From: an uncultured Roseburia sp.
GTDB taxonomy: Bacteria; Bacillota; Clostridia; Lachnospirales; Lachnospiraceae
Direction: 5' to 3'
NCBI GenBank assembly: GCA_947038265.1
Contig: CAMQVP010000001.1
Coordinates: 188,968 to 252,967, forward strand
Length of the DNA stretch: 64,000 bases
A model generated the notes under the pieces. The model was not told where the DNA came from and did not search any database. It was given only the letters and a program-made list of their open reading frames with translations. A program made the translations under genes and the position numbers. Positions 39,285 through 49,074 of the stretch are shown in pieces (positions within the stretch are counted from its first letter, which is position 1; each line of letters starts with the position of its first letter).

Positions 39285-41000
39285 ATGACGGTACAAACAC
39301 ATAATGGAGAAAAGCTTCCCATATATTATTATTATCTGGCAGACTACCGCCCTATATTGGCAGACGAAGCGCAATACAGCGTATTTTTGCCAGACCAAAA
39401 AATGAAACTGAAAAATGCCAAAACCCAGAAAGGAGATGCGATGATTACAGCTTCTCAGAATACAGAAGATTCGTTTGATCAGGCGGCAGCTTCGCTTTCC
39501 GAACGGTTAAATATGGACATTTCAGATGAACTTGCAGAACTAAGGGAATCCACCCTTTCCGAACCACAGTCCTGCTCCGGCGTTATCTGCTGTATGGAAG
39601 CCATACATTCCGGTGAACTGTTTCATCAGTTTATGGAACTGCTTCCTATTTTAAATCAAATGGCAGTTCCCGTTAGAATAAATGAGGGAATTGCTCCATT
39701 TGCGGAAGCCGAATTGTCATTTTGGGACATTATGGAAGTAAATCCCCTTCCGCTTATCCAAAAGTACATCGGACAAACGCATATGATCCGGCCGCTTTTA
39801 AACTCTCCGCAAAAGCTCTCTGATTTATATGCCTCCGCCATTATGGACGTCAGCATAAATCTATATGCGGAAGAACCGTCTGAAACCCGTTATGCGCTTG
39901 TACATACACGTTTTGAAAATACCGTAAACTTCCTATTAGGCGCTGTGAGCGTTGATTTAGAAGGATATGATATCCGCGTTTCCGGATCTGACCCACATAT
40001 GCTTGGCAGACAGGTACTGTTTGCGGAACGAAATTCCAGCCAATGGGCATATAAGCCGCGGAATATGAAAGCGGATTATTTATTTACAGGGCCAAACAGC
40101 TTCATCACCTATTTAAACGAACGGCTTCCCGATGAATGCCATCTGCCGTGTATGGTTATTTTTGACAATGCAAACTACGGAATGGAAGAACTTGTCACGA
40201 AAAAGCCGGATTTTACGGAAACGGAATTACACAGTTACTACAAAAAAATGGGGGTCTTAGCCTATGCGGCAAAACTTGCAGGCGTAACCGATCTTCATCA
40301 GGACAATATCATGCCCACAGAAAACGGCCCCATCGTCCTCGATGCCGAATGCGCCTTTCAGATAAACGTCATCACTTCTGCCAGCCTAAATGCCACAATG
40401 ATTCGGGACAGTCTTTGTTCACGTCAGAACGCTTTTGGGGACGACGCCGTATCATATTTCACATTTGACGGCAAAGATGGAACTTGTTATGATAATGTTC
40501 AATTTTTTTATCCAGATTTTACAAATGGTTTTTTCACTGCAAGCCAGTATTGTATGGAACACATTGAAGAACTCTCTGATTTTTTGACTTCTTTAATCCG
40601 GCAAAATCCTCTCCTGCGTCTAGTTCCTGTCCGGACTTCAGAACTTGCGCGGGCGCTTTCAATTTATGTGGATTACGAAGATAAAGATAGGATTGCTGAT
40701 GACTACTGCAATCTCATTCAGGAAAATCTAAAAACAACGTTCTTTATACAAAATATACAGGAAAATGTGTTAAAAGAAGCCCTTCATCACAGTTTCCAGC
40801 AAGGAGATATTCCTCTAATCCAACTAGACCTTTCTACAGGAAATCTCTCGAATGTACTGATAAACGGAATGGCTTTTGCCCAAACAGATCTGTATCAGGA
40901 AACTGGCGCGATATGTGAAATTTTCAAAAATACCATTCATTATTTAGCAGAATTTTCAGCAGATGAACTAATCGAAACATTTTTACCAGTAAATGAATAA
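39285..41000 (+). CDS. Stand-alone LanM-type dehydratase-like (lipid-kinase fold, DUF4135-like) domain protein with no LanC cyclase domain
   Basis: Catalytic-type residue constellation: 'DPH' (D276/H278 in ORF numbering), K297, then 'DLHQDN' (D376-x-H378-x-x-N381) and D393 exactly 12 residues after the Asn. This spacing matches the conserved residues of class II lanthipeptide synthetase dehydratase domains. The start was chosen at ATG 39285, which has a GGAGG RBS. The longer ORF begins at 39165. Confidence 0.55.
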   Translation: MTVQTHNGEKLPIYYYYLADYRPILADEAQYSVFLPDQKMKLKNAKTQKGDAMITASQNTEDSFDQAAASLSERLNMDISDELAELRESTLSEPQSCSGVICCMEAIHSGELFHQFMELLPILNQMAVPVRINEGIAPFAEAELSFWDIMEVNPLPLIQKYIGQTHMIRPLLNSPQKLSDLYASAIMDVSINLYAEEPSETRYALVHTRFENTVNFLLGAVSVDLEGYDIRVSGSDPHMLGRQVLFAERNSSQWAYKPRNMKADYLFTGPNSFITYLNERLPDECHLPCMVIFDNANYGMEELVTKKPDFTETELHSYYKKMGVLAYAAKLAGVTDLHQDNIMPTENGPIVLDAECAFQINVITSASLNATMIRDSLCSRQNAFGDDAVSYFTFDGKDGTCYDNVQFFYPDFTNGFFTASQYCMEHIEELSDFLTSLIRQNPLLRLVPVRTSELARALSIYVDYEDKDRIADDYCNLIQENLKTTFFIQNIQENVLKEALHHSFQQGDIPLIQLDLSTGNLSNVLINGMAFAQTDLYQETGAICEIFKNTIHYLAEFSADELIETFLPVNE

Positions 41001-41013
41001 GGAGGTAACGCTT

Positions 41014-42153
41014 ATGGCGATCGGAGATCAGTTTTCAGGCCTAGATATGGGAAACCTTATCGGCGGGCCTTTACGCGCGGCTGCAGATGCAAGTATGCAG
41101 CTTGCAGACAGCACAGCGTCATTTATCAATAAAGTAGGCTTTGACGAAAAAGGGAATACACGAAAAGCCTCGTTCCAATTTGAGAAAAAATCTTATAACG
41201 AAGACGGCACCACAAATCAAGACGAAATGAAAATCGACGTGCCAATGCTTGCAATTGTCCCAATTCCAAACCTTCAGGTCGATGAAGTGAATATCTTATT
41301 TGATATGGAAGTCAAGGAAAGCGAAAAAAGTGAAAAAGCAACCGATTTAAGCGCGGCTGCTTCCGGCTCTATTAATCTTGGAATTGCAAAAGTCAATATC
41401 AGCGGAAGCGTCAGCTCCCATAGCTCCAACACTAGAAGTACGGACAATTCCGCCAAATACCACGTCGATGTGCGGGCGACCAACCATGGGACGCCGGAAG
41501 GCCTTGCCAGAGTCCTTGATATGATGGCGGCTTCCGTATCCCCAGCTCTTATTGATTCGAAAATAAAAGATGCAAACGGACAGGAACTGCCGGAAGAACG
41601 AAAAGACAGAAGCGAAAGAATCAAATCGTTGAATCAGGAAATCCTGCTTTTAGAAACCCAACAGTCCGCCGCCGAAAAAGCATTAAATGAACAATTACAG
41701 CAGTTTAAACGGATTGGCAGCCAGCAGCAAAACCAATACCAGTTAAAACTTCAGGAACTTATCAACAAAAATGAAACAGAAGAAGCGGAACAACTACAGG
41801 CAAACCTTGACCAGTTAAATACATACTGGAACACTTTCCAGACCCAAATTCCAAACGCTGTAAAATCGCTCGCTTCAAAACCTGCCCAAACGGAACCTGC
41901 CGATGCGGCAGAGCTTTCCTGCTTATTTACGCTAAAAAGCGTAAGCGACACAGGCAGTTTAGATTCCTATGCCAAAGAAGAATCTAATTATTACAGCCTG
42001 CTTGCAGAAGCGCAGAACCAGTCCGTCGAAGCGCAAAAACATGCAGATGAAATTTCCAGACAATGCAGCCAGAAAAAAATAGACTATAACAAATTAATTT
42101 CAGGAATCGAACTCAAAAAAGAGGATCAAAACAATCCTCCCTCAGAAACCTAA
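41014..42153 (+). CDS. DUF2589-like protein (paralogue 2, with a Ser/Thr-rich insert)
   Basis: 'IGGPLRAAADASMQLADSTASFI', 'IDVPMLAIVPIPNLQVDEVNILFDMEVKESE', a Ser/Thr run 'SGSVSSHSSNTRSTDNS', and a long Gln-rich coiled coil. GGAGG RBS. The ORF start overlaps the stop of the upstream gene. Confidence 0.55.
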   Translation: MAIGDQFSGLDMGNLIGGPLRAAADASMQLADSTASFINKVGFDEKGNTRKASFQFEKKSYNEDGTTNQDEMKIDVPMLAIVPIPNLQVDEVNILFDMEVKESEKSEKATDLSAAASGSINLGIAKVNISGSVSSHSSNTRSTDNSAKYHVDVRATNHGTPEGLARVLDMMAASVSPALIDSKIKDANGQELPEERKDRSERIKSLNQEILLLETQQSAAEKALNEQLQQFKRIGSQQQNQYQLKLQELINKNETEEAEQLQANLDQLNTYWNTFQTQIPNAVKSLASKPAQTEPADAAELSCLFTLKSVSDTGSLDSYAKEESNYYSLLAEAQNQSVEAQKHADEISRQCSQKKIDYNKLISGIELKKEDQNNPPSET

Positions 42154-42409
42154 ACGGCAGCGGCGGCAGGGTTATGCCCTGCCGTTTTTTATTTTGCTGT
42201 TCATTATTCTGATTTCATTTGAAAAATCTTGACATTAGGAAAAACCTGTAATATACTAGTAAAGTCTGTAAACAGTATAGAAATGAACGCCAAAGCCCCG
42301 GCATTCATTTTGACTATAAACAATGGCGGCAAAGAATCACGTCCGGACATACGGGATTTACGCCTGCCGACGACAAAATGCAACAGTTTTCATTTTAGGA
42401 GGTAAACCA

Positions 42410-42838
42410 ATGAACACATTTATGGCCAGCCCTGCTACCATTGACCGAAAATGGTATGTCGTGGATGCAGATGGAATGACATTAGGACGTTTAGCATCTG
42501 AAGTCGCTAAAATATTAAGAGGAAAAAACAAACCGATCTTTACGCCGCATATCGATACCGGCGATTATGTAATCGTAGTTAATGCCGAAAAAGTAAAAGT
42601 AACCGGAAAGAAAAAAGATCAAAAGATTTACTATCATCACTCCGATTATGTAGGCGGCATGAAAGAAACTACATTAAAAGAAATGTTAGCAAAACATCCG
42701 GAACGGGTTATGGAGCGCGCAGTAAAAGGAATGCTTCCAAAAGGGCCTTTGGGAAGGCAGATGTACAAAAAATTATTTGTATACGTTGGGCCGGAACACA
42801 AACAGGCAGCTCAGAAACCAGAAGTTTTAACATTTTAA
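42410..42838 (+). CDS. rplM: 50S ribosomal protein L13
   Basis: '[39 protein letters not shown]'. AGGAGG RBS. Confidence 0.9.
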   Translation: MNTFMASPATIDRKWYVVDADGMTLGRLASEVAKILRGKNKPIFTPHIDTGDYVIVVNAEKVKVTGKKKDQKIYYHHSDYVGGMKETTLKEMLAKHPERVMERAVKGMLPKGPLGRQMYKKLFVYVGPEHKQAAQKPEVLTF

Positions 42839-42859
42839 CCGGTAAGGAGGTAAGTGAAA

Positions 42860-43252
42860 GTGTCTAATGCAAGATATTATGGAACAGGAAGAAGAAAATC
42901 ATCTGTTGCCAGAGTATATTTAATTCCGGGAACAGGTAAAGTTACAATAAATAAAAGAGACATTGATGATTATTTAGGATTGGAAACCTTAAAAGTGATT
43001 GTACGCCAGCCATTAGTGGCTACAGAAACTGTTGATAAATTCGACGTTTTAGTAAACGTAAAAGGCGGCGGCTATACCGGTCAGGCAGGAGCAATCCGCC
43101 ACGGCATTGCAAGAGCGCTGCTTCAGGCAGATTCAGACTATCGTCCAGTTCTTAAATCGAACGGATATCTTACCAGAGATCCAAGAATGAAAGAGCGTAA
43201 GAAATACGGCCTCAAGGCGGCTCGTCGCGCTCCGCAGTTCTCAAAGAGATAG
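42860..43252 (+). CDS. rpsI: 30S ribosomal protein S9
   Basis: '[14 protein letters not shown]', the C-terminal '[14 protein letters not shown]', and a GTG start after an AAGGAGG RBS. Confidence 0.9.
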   Translation: MSNARYYGTGRRKSSVARVYLIPGTGKVTINKRDIDDYLGLETLKVIVRQPLVATETVDKFDVLVNVKGGGYTGQAGAIRHGIARALLQADSDYRPVLKSNGYLTRDPRMKERKKYGLKAARRAPQFSKR

Positions 43253-43463
43253 GAAAAGGAATATCGAGTACGGATTTTATCTCTTTTTATATAAAATCCC
43301 AGTGGATATTTATTAGAAAATGAATATAATGTAAATAAGAAGTTCAGATGAACCTCTTATTATTCTGCCGGAACTGCATATCGGCATTTATAGAAAAGGC
43401 GCAGATACAAATATTTTTCGCTACCCAGCGAGCGACTAACAAATGGCTGGGATACAAATATTT

Positions 43464-43492
43464 ACGCTCCGCTTAACAGCGGAGCGCTTTTG
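43464..43492 (+). terminator. Intrinsic terminator of rplM-rpsI
   Basis: Hairpin 'cgctccgc ttaaca gcggagcg' followed by 'cTTTTgt'. Confidence 0.6.
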
Positions 43493-44061
43493 TACATAGG
43501 AAATAATTTGAATACAGGTAACTTTTATTTTATTAAGGATGAATATTATAATGCTTTCCAAATTGTGGATTGATGGGAAATAAAGATAATGATGAAAAGG
43601 GTGTACATGGGAGACCCTGTTTTTATTGTTTTGAAATGGAAGGATATTTATGGATGGTTCCTATATCATCTAAAACGGAAAAGTATAAGATATTTATATA
43701 ATGAAAAGAAAAACGTTATAAGGAATACGATGGTTTACGATTCGGATATGTAAATGGTAAATATAGAGCTTTTTTAATTCAGAATGTTTGTCCTGTAAGT
43801 AAAGAGTATATTGACTGTCAGTATATGATTAAAAACAATACTGTGCCGGTCAAGATAAATGATAAACTGACGGCAGAAATAAATGGTATTGTGAAAAAGG
43901 TGATCAGACTAAATAAAAGAGGAATCCAGATTGTTTTGATGGACATAAATCATACATTAAACAGCCTGAATAAACCTAAGTGAGTGAATATGAATGTTTA
44001 TGATTGCCGAAAAATAAGGCTTTGAACTTATGCAGGAGATAATCATCAACATAACAAATTA

Positions 44062-44094
44062 TGGAAAACCCTTGAAAATATATTATTTTCAAGG
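44062..44094. terminator. Bidirectional intrinsic terminator (12-bp perfect stem CCCTTGAAAATA/TATTTTCAAGGG plus a T6 tract) downstream of htrA
   Basis: Read directly as 'aaaacccttgaaaatatattattttcaagggtttttt'. Confidence 0.65.
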
Positions 44095-44165
44095 GTTTTT
44101 TGCCTTTCTTATTCTAATTTGCAGTATTTGCAGTAAAAGCTAGGACTATGCCAAAAGCCAAACCA

Positions 44166-45368
44166 TCAGTCCGTCCTAGCCGTTAATGAAACGGAAACCT
44201 CCTTTTCCAAATACCCGCCGTTGTCCGCTACCTGAACTGTAACCATTACCGCATCTCCAACCTGATAATCCCTGAGCGCCTCTTTTAAATCGTCCATGGA
44301 CACGATTTCCTTATCTCCCACTTTCGTAATAATATTGCCCTCGATTATGCCGGCTGCCTCGGCTCCGCCGCCTTCAATCACCTGCGCAACATAAACGCCA
44401 CGCGGCATCTGGTACTGGCTGGAAACTTCTTCCGTTACCTCTTTTCCATAAATGCCAAGATATGGGCTGCCTGTCGTCGTCACTTTCCCGTTTGCAACCA
44501 AATCTTCCAAAATCGGGCCTGCCGTCGCGATTGGAATCGCAAAGCCCATACCCTCTACCTTCGTATCTGAATATTTTGAAGAATTAATCCCGATTACCTC
44601 GCCTTTTGTATTAATCAGCGCTCCGCCGCTGTTGCCCGGATTAATTGCCGCATCCGTCTGAATCAGACGGCTCATTACGGTCTCTCCGGTAGATTCATCC
44701 TGAAATGTCACCTCACGCCCTAATGCGCTAATCACGCCAGTTGTCACCGACTGACCGTACCCTAACGCGTTACCGATAGCGATCGCGGAATCCCCGACAG
44801 AAATCTTTTCCGAATCGCCCATAACCGCAAGTTGTATTGTTTTCAAAGTTTCCTCTGTCAAATCTGACAGCTTTATCTGGACAACCGCCAAATCATCGGC
44901 CGGATCTGTGCCGCGCACCGTTGCGGGAGCCGTCGTCTCATCGGAAAACTGCACCGTCAAAGCATTCGCGCCTTCTACCACATGATTATTCGTCGCAACA
45001 TACAAATACTCGTCATCTTTATCAATCAAAATTCCGGAACCGCTGCTCTCACTTTCAAACATTCTGTTCTGTCCAAAAAAGCTTAAAATTTCCTGCTGCG
45101 TCATGCTCGTAATAGATACAATCGATGGCATAACGTCTTTTACCACGCCTGAAATATCTGTGGAAGCGGAAGTCGCCCCTGTGCTCACCGGCTGAATCTT
45201 GTCGGAATCAATCGTCTTTCCCTCCTCAGTCACTTCTTTTCCATCTGCAAAGAGATTACTTTCCATAAAATAATTCGCTCCGGAAAACGCTGTTCCTCCA
45301 ACCACTCCAAACACCAGAGCCAGAGCCGCGCATTTCGTTACCTTACCCATAAATTTTGAACTTCCCAT
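44166..45368 (-). CDS. htrA: HtrA/DegP-family serine protease (membrane anchor, trypsin-like domain, PDZ domain)
   Basis: N-terminal TM segment, catalytic His/Asp, 'GNSGGALIN' (Ser), and a C-terminal PDZ domain. Confidence 0.85.
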   Translation of the reverse strand: MGSSKFMGKVTKCAALALVFGVVGGTAFSGANYFMESNLFADGKEVTEEGKTIDSDKIQPVSTGATSASTDISGVVKDVMPSIVSITSMTQQEILSFFGQNRMFESESSGSGILIDKDDEYLYVATNNHVVEGANALTVQFSDETTAPATVRGTDPADDLAVVQIKLSDLTEETLKTIQLAVMGDSEKISVGDSAIAIGNALGYGQSVTTGVISALGREVTFQDESTGETVMSRLIQTDAAINPGNSGGALINTKGEVIGINSSKYSDTKVEGMGFAIPIATAGPILEDLVANGKVTTTGSPYLGIYGKEVTEEVSSQYQMPRGVYVAQVIEGGGAEAAGIIEGNIITKVGDKEIVSMDDLKEALRDYQVGDAVMVTVQVADNGGYLEKEVSVSLTARTD

Positions 45369-45494
45369 ATAAAAAACGCTCCTTTCTTAAAACCCTTTAT
45401 CCTGCTTTCTTCTGTTTTCGTTTACAAAAGTAAGTATATGGCGAATTTATGTTAAGATTTTGATGAAAATATGAAAAAAGTATGTTTTCATCAG

Positions 45495-48400
45495 TTAAAT
45501 CACAACTTCCCCGCCAAGCGCAAACGAGTAAATAATTTTTTCTTTGACTTTTTTGCCCAGATTTTGTTCCAAAGCTTCCTGATAAAGTTCAAGCTGCTTT
45601 CGATACCGCCGTATCAATTCTTCTTTCGTTTTCACTCTGTCCGTTTTATAATCAATTAAAACAATGCCGTCTTTCTCGATAAAGAAAGCGTCAATAATTC
45701 CCTGAATTAACACCATGGTATTGCTTCCGTCATGCTCAATTTCATCTGCGGGCCGTCCCATAACAAAAGGCTGTTCCGTATAAAGCTCCTTTTCTTTTGC
45801 CGCTTGTTTCATACGGAAAGCCAGAGGGGACTTATAAAAACAGACTAATTTTGGCATCTGTATGTAAGACCGCGCTTCTTCATTGATTTTTCCGGATTCC
45901 GTCAGCCTGTTTAACCATTGTTCCAAGAGTTCTTCCAGATCCGGCTTTCCGGCAATCTGTTCAATTGGAAGGCATTCCACCGCGCGATGCATCGCGTTTC
46001 CATATAGCGTCCCAAAACTTCGTTCCGTTTCCCCTCCGGCAAAACGTGGGATATAAGGCGCGTATTCCTCCATTTTCTCTTGCCCTACAGGCAATTCCTC
46101 CGGTTCATACACCGCCAGAGCCGATCTGTGCTTTAATTCGGATACGGAATATTTTGTTTTACGCGTCGTTTCCACTATATCTGGATAGTTATAAGACAAC
46201 TTCCGATCAACATATGCATCAAACTTTTCGTTTGGCTTGGAAAAGTCTGACAAAAGCGCGCTTATGCCTTCAGCCTCGTCCAATTTGTCTTCCGCTTCTT
46301 CTTCCACCAAATCAGTCACGTTCCATACTTGAAGGAGATCCGTAAAACCTGCCGCCGCCACAGCCGGCAAAAGCCAGTCCAAATAAGAATTTGCGCCCGC
46401 CCGCTGAAAAAAGGATAACGGCTGCCTTTCCTGCCGTTTCATTTTTTCCAGCCGTTTCTTCATATCTTTCGATACGCCTGTTACCACCAGTTTTTCTTTG
46501 GCGCGGGTAAGCGCGACGTAAAGCGCGCGGAGCTCCTCACCAGAATTTTCCAGCTCTAACTGCTTTGCCGCCGCTTTTTTATAAAGAGTTGCGCCGCGGA
46601 TGCGAAGCTCTGGATCAATATATTCTAACGCCGCCCCTAAATCCGGATGGATAATCAAACTGCTTCTGGCATCCATACGGTTAAACATTTTTGCTGCGCC
46701 GCACAAAAAAACGACGGGAAATTCCAAACCCTTGCTTTTATGAATCGTCATAATCCTGACTGCATTGGCATTTTCAGCCACTACGTCCGCTTCCCCGTAA
46801 TCCACCTGATATTTCTGTAATCTGTCAATGTAACGGATAAAATGGAACAAACCACGGTAACTTGTTTTCTCATATGCGGCGGCTTTCTCTAACAACATTT
46901 CAATATTTGCCTTTTTTTTCGTCCCATTTGGCATAGCCGCCGCATAACGGGCGTATCCGGTTTCCTCTAAAATCCGGTACAGCAGTTCATGAATTGGAAG
47001 CGCAGGCACAAGGGCGCGGAATTTGGACAGTTCCTCTAAAAAACAGTTTAACTTGCCATATAAGCCCTCCGAAAGACTGGATGCATCGGATTCCAATACA
47101 CAGCAATGAAATGCTTTTTTCATTCCGGCTGTTTTTAAAATGGCTAGTTCTTCATCGGTAAATCCTCCAATGGGCGAACGCATCACCGCCGCAAGCGGAA
47201 TATCCTGCCTTGGATTATCCAGTATCCGAAGCAGACTTAAAATTGTCTGAATCTCCGGCGCCTGAAAATATCCGGTCTTTGACGTTGCATGGGCAGGGAT
47301 TTTCTTTTGCCCAAACACTTCTAAAAATGTGTCGGCATAATTCCCAAAACTGCGAAGCAAAATAACAATGTCGGAATAGCGGATCGGGCGGAGCTTTCCT
47401 GTCTTCTTGTCTGTTACCTGCTGCTCTTTCATCATTCTCCGGATTCTCGAAGAAACAATTTCCGCTTCAAGACGGATCGGATCAGAAAGTCCCGCTTCTG
47501 CGGCAAATTCGTCCTGACTGTCAGAAACGATAAGTTCCGCCTGCATGGAGCCGCTTTCGGGATAGACGGCTCCGCAATAGAGGGCGGCGGCATCGTTGTA
47601 TTCAATATTCCCCAGATCTTTTTTCATAATCTGATAAAAGATCCCATTCGCAAAATCAAGCGTCTCTACACGGCTCCTAAAGTTTTTATGCAATTCTATT
47701 TTCTGGCAGGAAGAAGCTTCCTCTGTGTAAGTTTCATATTTTTCCATAAACAGCTCTGGTCTTGCCAGACGGAAGCGGTAAATGCTCTGTTTCACGTCCC
47801 CGACCATAAAGCGGTTAAATTCTCCCGTCTCCTCTCTCGAAACAGCCCGCATCAGACATTCTTGGACAAGATTGCTGTCCTGATACTCATCAATCATCAC
47901 TTCTTCAAATAGTTTCCTGCATTGGATCGCGGCTTCTGTCGGCTCTTTTGTCTCCTCATCAAGCAGGATTTTTAATGCAAAATGCTCTAAATCATCAAAA
48001 TCCAAAATATTTTTTTCACGTTTCTTTTTCTCAAACGCATCGATAAATTCCGCTGTCAGACGCGTCAGTTCTCCGGCAACTGGAGCCATCTGCCACATAC
48101 GTTCCATCAATGCGTCTTCGTCTGCAAAAAAGAACTCCGTTTTCATTTTTTTCATGGCGGACTTAATCGTATCCCGCTGTTCCTTCAACAATTCTAATTT
48201 TTCAATGCTTCCTTCATACCCCCGTTTTGACGGCAGCCTGTCCAAAGAAAAGCCTGCCGCCAGCGCAGATATGCTCCGGTAATCTGAAGCGTTTGCCAAA
48301 TGCCGGATACGCAAAGCGTCCCGCTCTGCCGTCTCTTTCAAATAATCCGGCCCGTCGGGCTCGCTTGCCAGCCTGATATTGCTCTGCGCGATAGCGCTTA

Positions 48401-49073
48401 TGCTTTCTAACATTTTTTGTAAATAATCCATCAGAGCCTTCATAAATGGCTTTTGCTCCAGTTCCTCAAATGTCTGAAACTGATAGTCCGCCGATGCTTT
48501 ATCAAGCCATTCTTTTGGCCATGGGTTGCTCATGGCAAACTGATACATTTTTAACGTCATATCTTTTAATTTTTCATCTGTTTTCCCAACTGCAAAACAT
48601 TCCACAAAACGCAGAAAGGATTCGCCTGCTTCCTCATAATTTTTATTTAAAACCTCTGCCATGACGTCTTCCCGAAGCAGATTCAGCTCTCCTTCTTCCG
48701 CAATCCGAAAATTCGGCTCTAAATCAACGCGGTGGAAATAACTGCGGATTAAATACAGGCAAAAACTATGGATTGTCGTAATCTGCGCGTGATGCACAAG
48801 AGCCGCCTGCTTTTGCAGATGGCTGTCGTAAGGATTTTCCTCCAATGCAGTTTCTATCGCCGCTCCGATACGCTCCCGCATTTCCGCGGCGGCGGCGGAA
48901 GTAAATGTCACAACCAGCATACGGTCAATATCCATTGGATGCGTTTGATCTAAAATCCTGCCAATGATCCGCTCAACCAAAACGGCTGTTTTGCCGCTTC
49001 CCGCCGCGGCGGAAACCAAGATATTCCTGTCCCTTAAGGTAATTACCTGCTTTTGTTCGGTTGTCCAGTCCAT
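45495..49073 (-). CDS. addA: ATP-dependent helicase/nuclease subunit A (UvrD-like helicase plus a PD-(D/E)xK nuclease)
   Basis: 'ILVSAAAGSGKTAVLVERI' and a length of 1192 aa. The gene is co-linear with addB, with only 1 nt between them. Confidence 0.9.
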   Translation of the reverse strand: MDWTTEQKQVITLRDRNILVSAAAGSGKTAVLVERIIGRILDQTHPMDIDRMLVVTFTSAAAAEMRERIGAAIETALEENPYDSHLQKQAALVHHAQITTIHSFCLYLIRSYFHRVDLEPNFRIAEEGELNLLREDVMAEVLNKNYEEAGESFLRFVECFAVGKTDEKLKDMTLKMYQFAMSNPWPKEWLDKASADYQFQTFEELEQKPFMKALMDYLQKMLESISAIAQSNIRLASEPDGPDYLKETAERDALRIRHLANASDYRSISALAAGFSLDRLPSKRGYEGSIEKLELLKEQRDTIKSAMKKMKTEFFFADEDALMERMWQMAPVAGELTRLTAEFIDAFEKKKREKNILDFDDLEHFALKILLDEETKEPTEAAIQCRKLFEEVMIDEYQDSNLVQECLMRAVSREETGEFNRFMVGDVKQSIYRFRLARPELFMEKYETYTEEASSCQKIELHKNFRSRVETLDFANGIFYQIMKKDLGNIEYNDAAALYCGAVYPESGSMQAELIVSDSQDEFAAEAGLSDPIRLEAEIVSSRIRRMMKEQQVTDKKTGKLRPIRYSDIVILLRSFGNYADTFLEVFGQKKIPAHATSKTGYFQAPEIQTILSLLRILDNPRQDIPLAAVMRSPIGGFTDEELAILKTAGMKKAFHCCVLESDASSLSEGLYGKLNCFLEELSKFRALVPALPIHELLYRILEETGYARYAAAMPNGTKKKANIEMLLEKAAAYEKTSYRGLFHFIRYIDRLQKYQVDYGEADVVAENANAVRIMTIHKSKGLEFPVVFLCGAAKMFNRMDARSSLIIHPDLGAALEYIDPELRIRGATLYKKAAAKQLELENSGEELRALYVALTRAKEKLVVTGVSKDMKKRLEKMKRQERQPLSFFQRAGANSYLDWLLPAVAAAGFTDLLQVWNVTDLVEEEAEDKLDEAEGISALLSDFSKPNEKFDAYVDRKLSYNYPDIVETTRKTKYSVSELKHRSALAVYEPEELPVGQEKMEEYAPYIPRFAGGETERSFGTLYGNAMHRAVECLPIEQIAGKPDLEELLEQWLNRLTESGKINEEARSYIQMPKLVCFYKSPLAFRMKQAAKEKELYTEQPFVMGRPADEIEHDGSNTMVLIQGIIDAFFIEKDGIVLIDYKTDRVKTKEELIRRYRKQLELYQEALEQNLGKKVKEKIIYSFALGGEVVI

Positions 49074-49074
49074 G

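Larger units (their letters stand above)
43253..44165. other. AT-rich ~900-bp non-coding island. It contains short direct repeats (GATACAAATATTT x2), only sub-60-aa ORFs (for example a 52-aa ORF at 43825-43983), and terminators at both ends.
   Basis: Base composition is markedly more AT-rich than the flanks. No ORF of 60 aa or more occurs on either strand. Confidence 0.5.

Noticed and set aside
43253-44165. tRNA/rRNA genes in the rpsI-htrA spacer, and anywhere else in the window
   Set aside because: No cloverleaf-compatible sequence with conserved T-loop or D-loop motifs, and no rRNA-like segments, were seen anywhere in the window.
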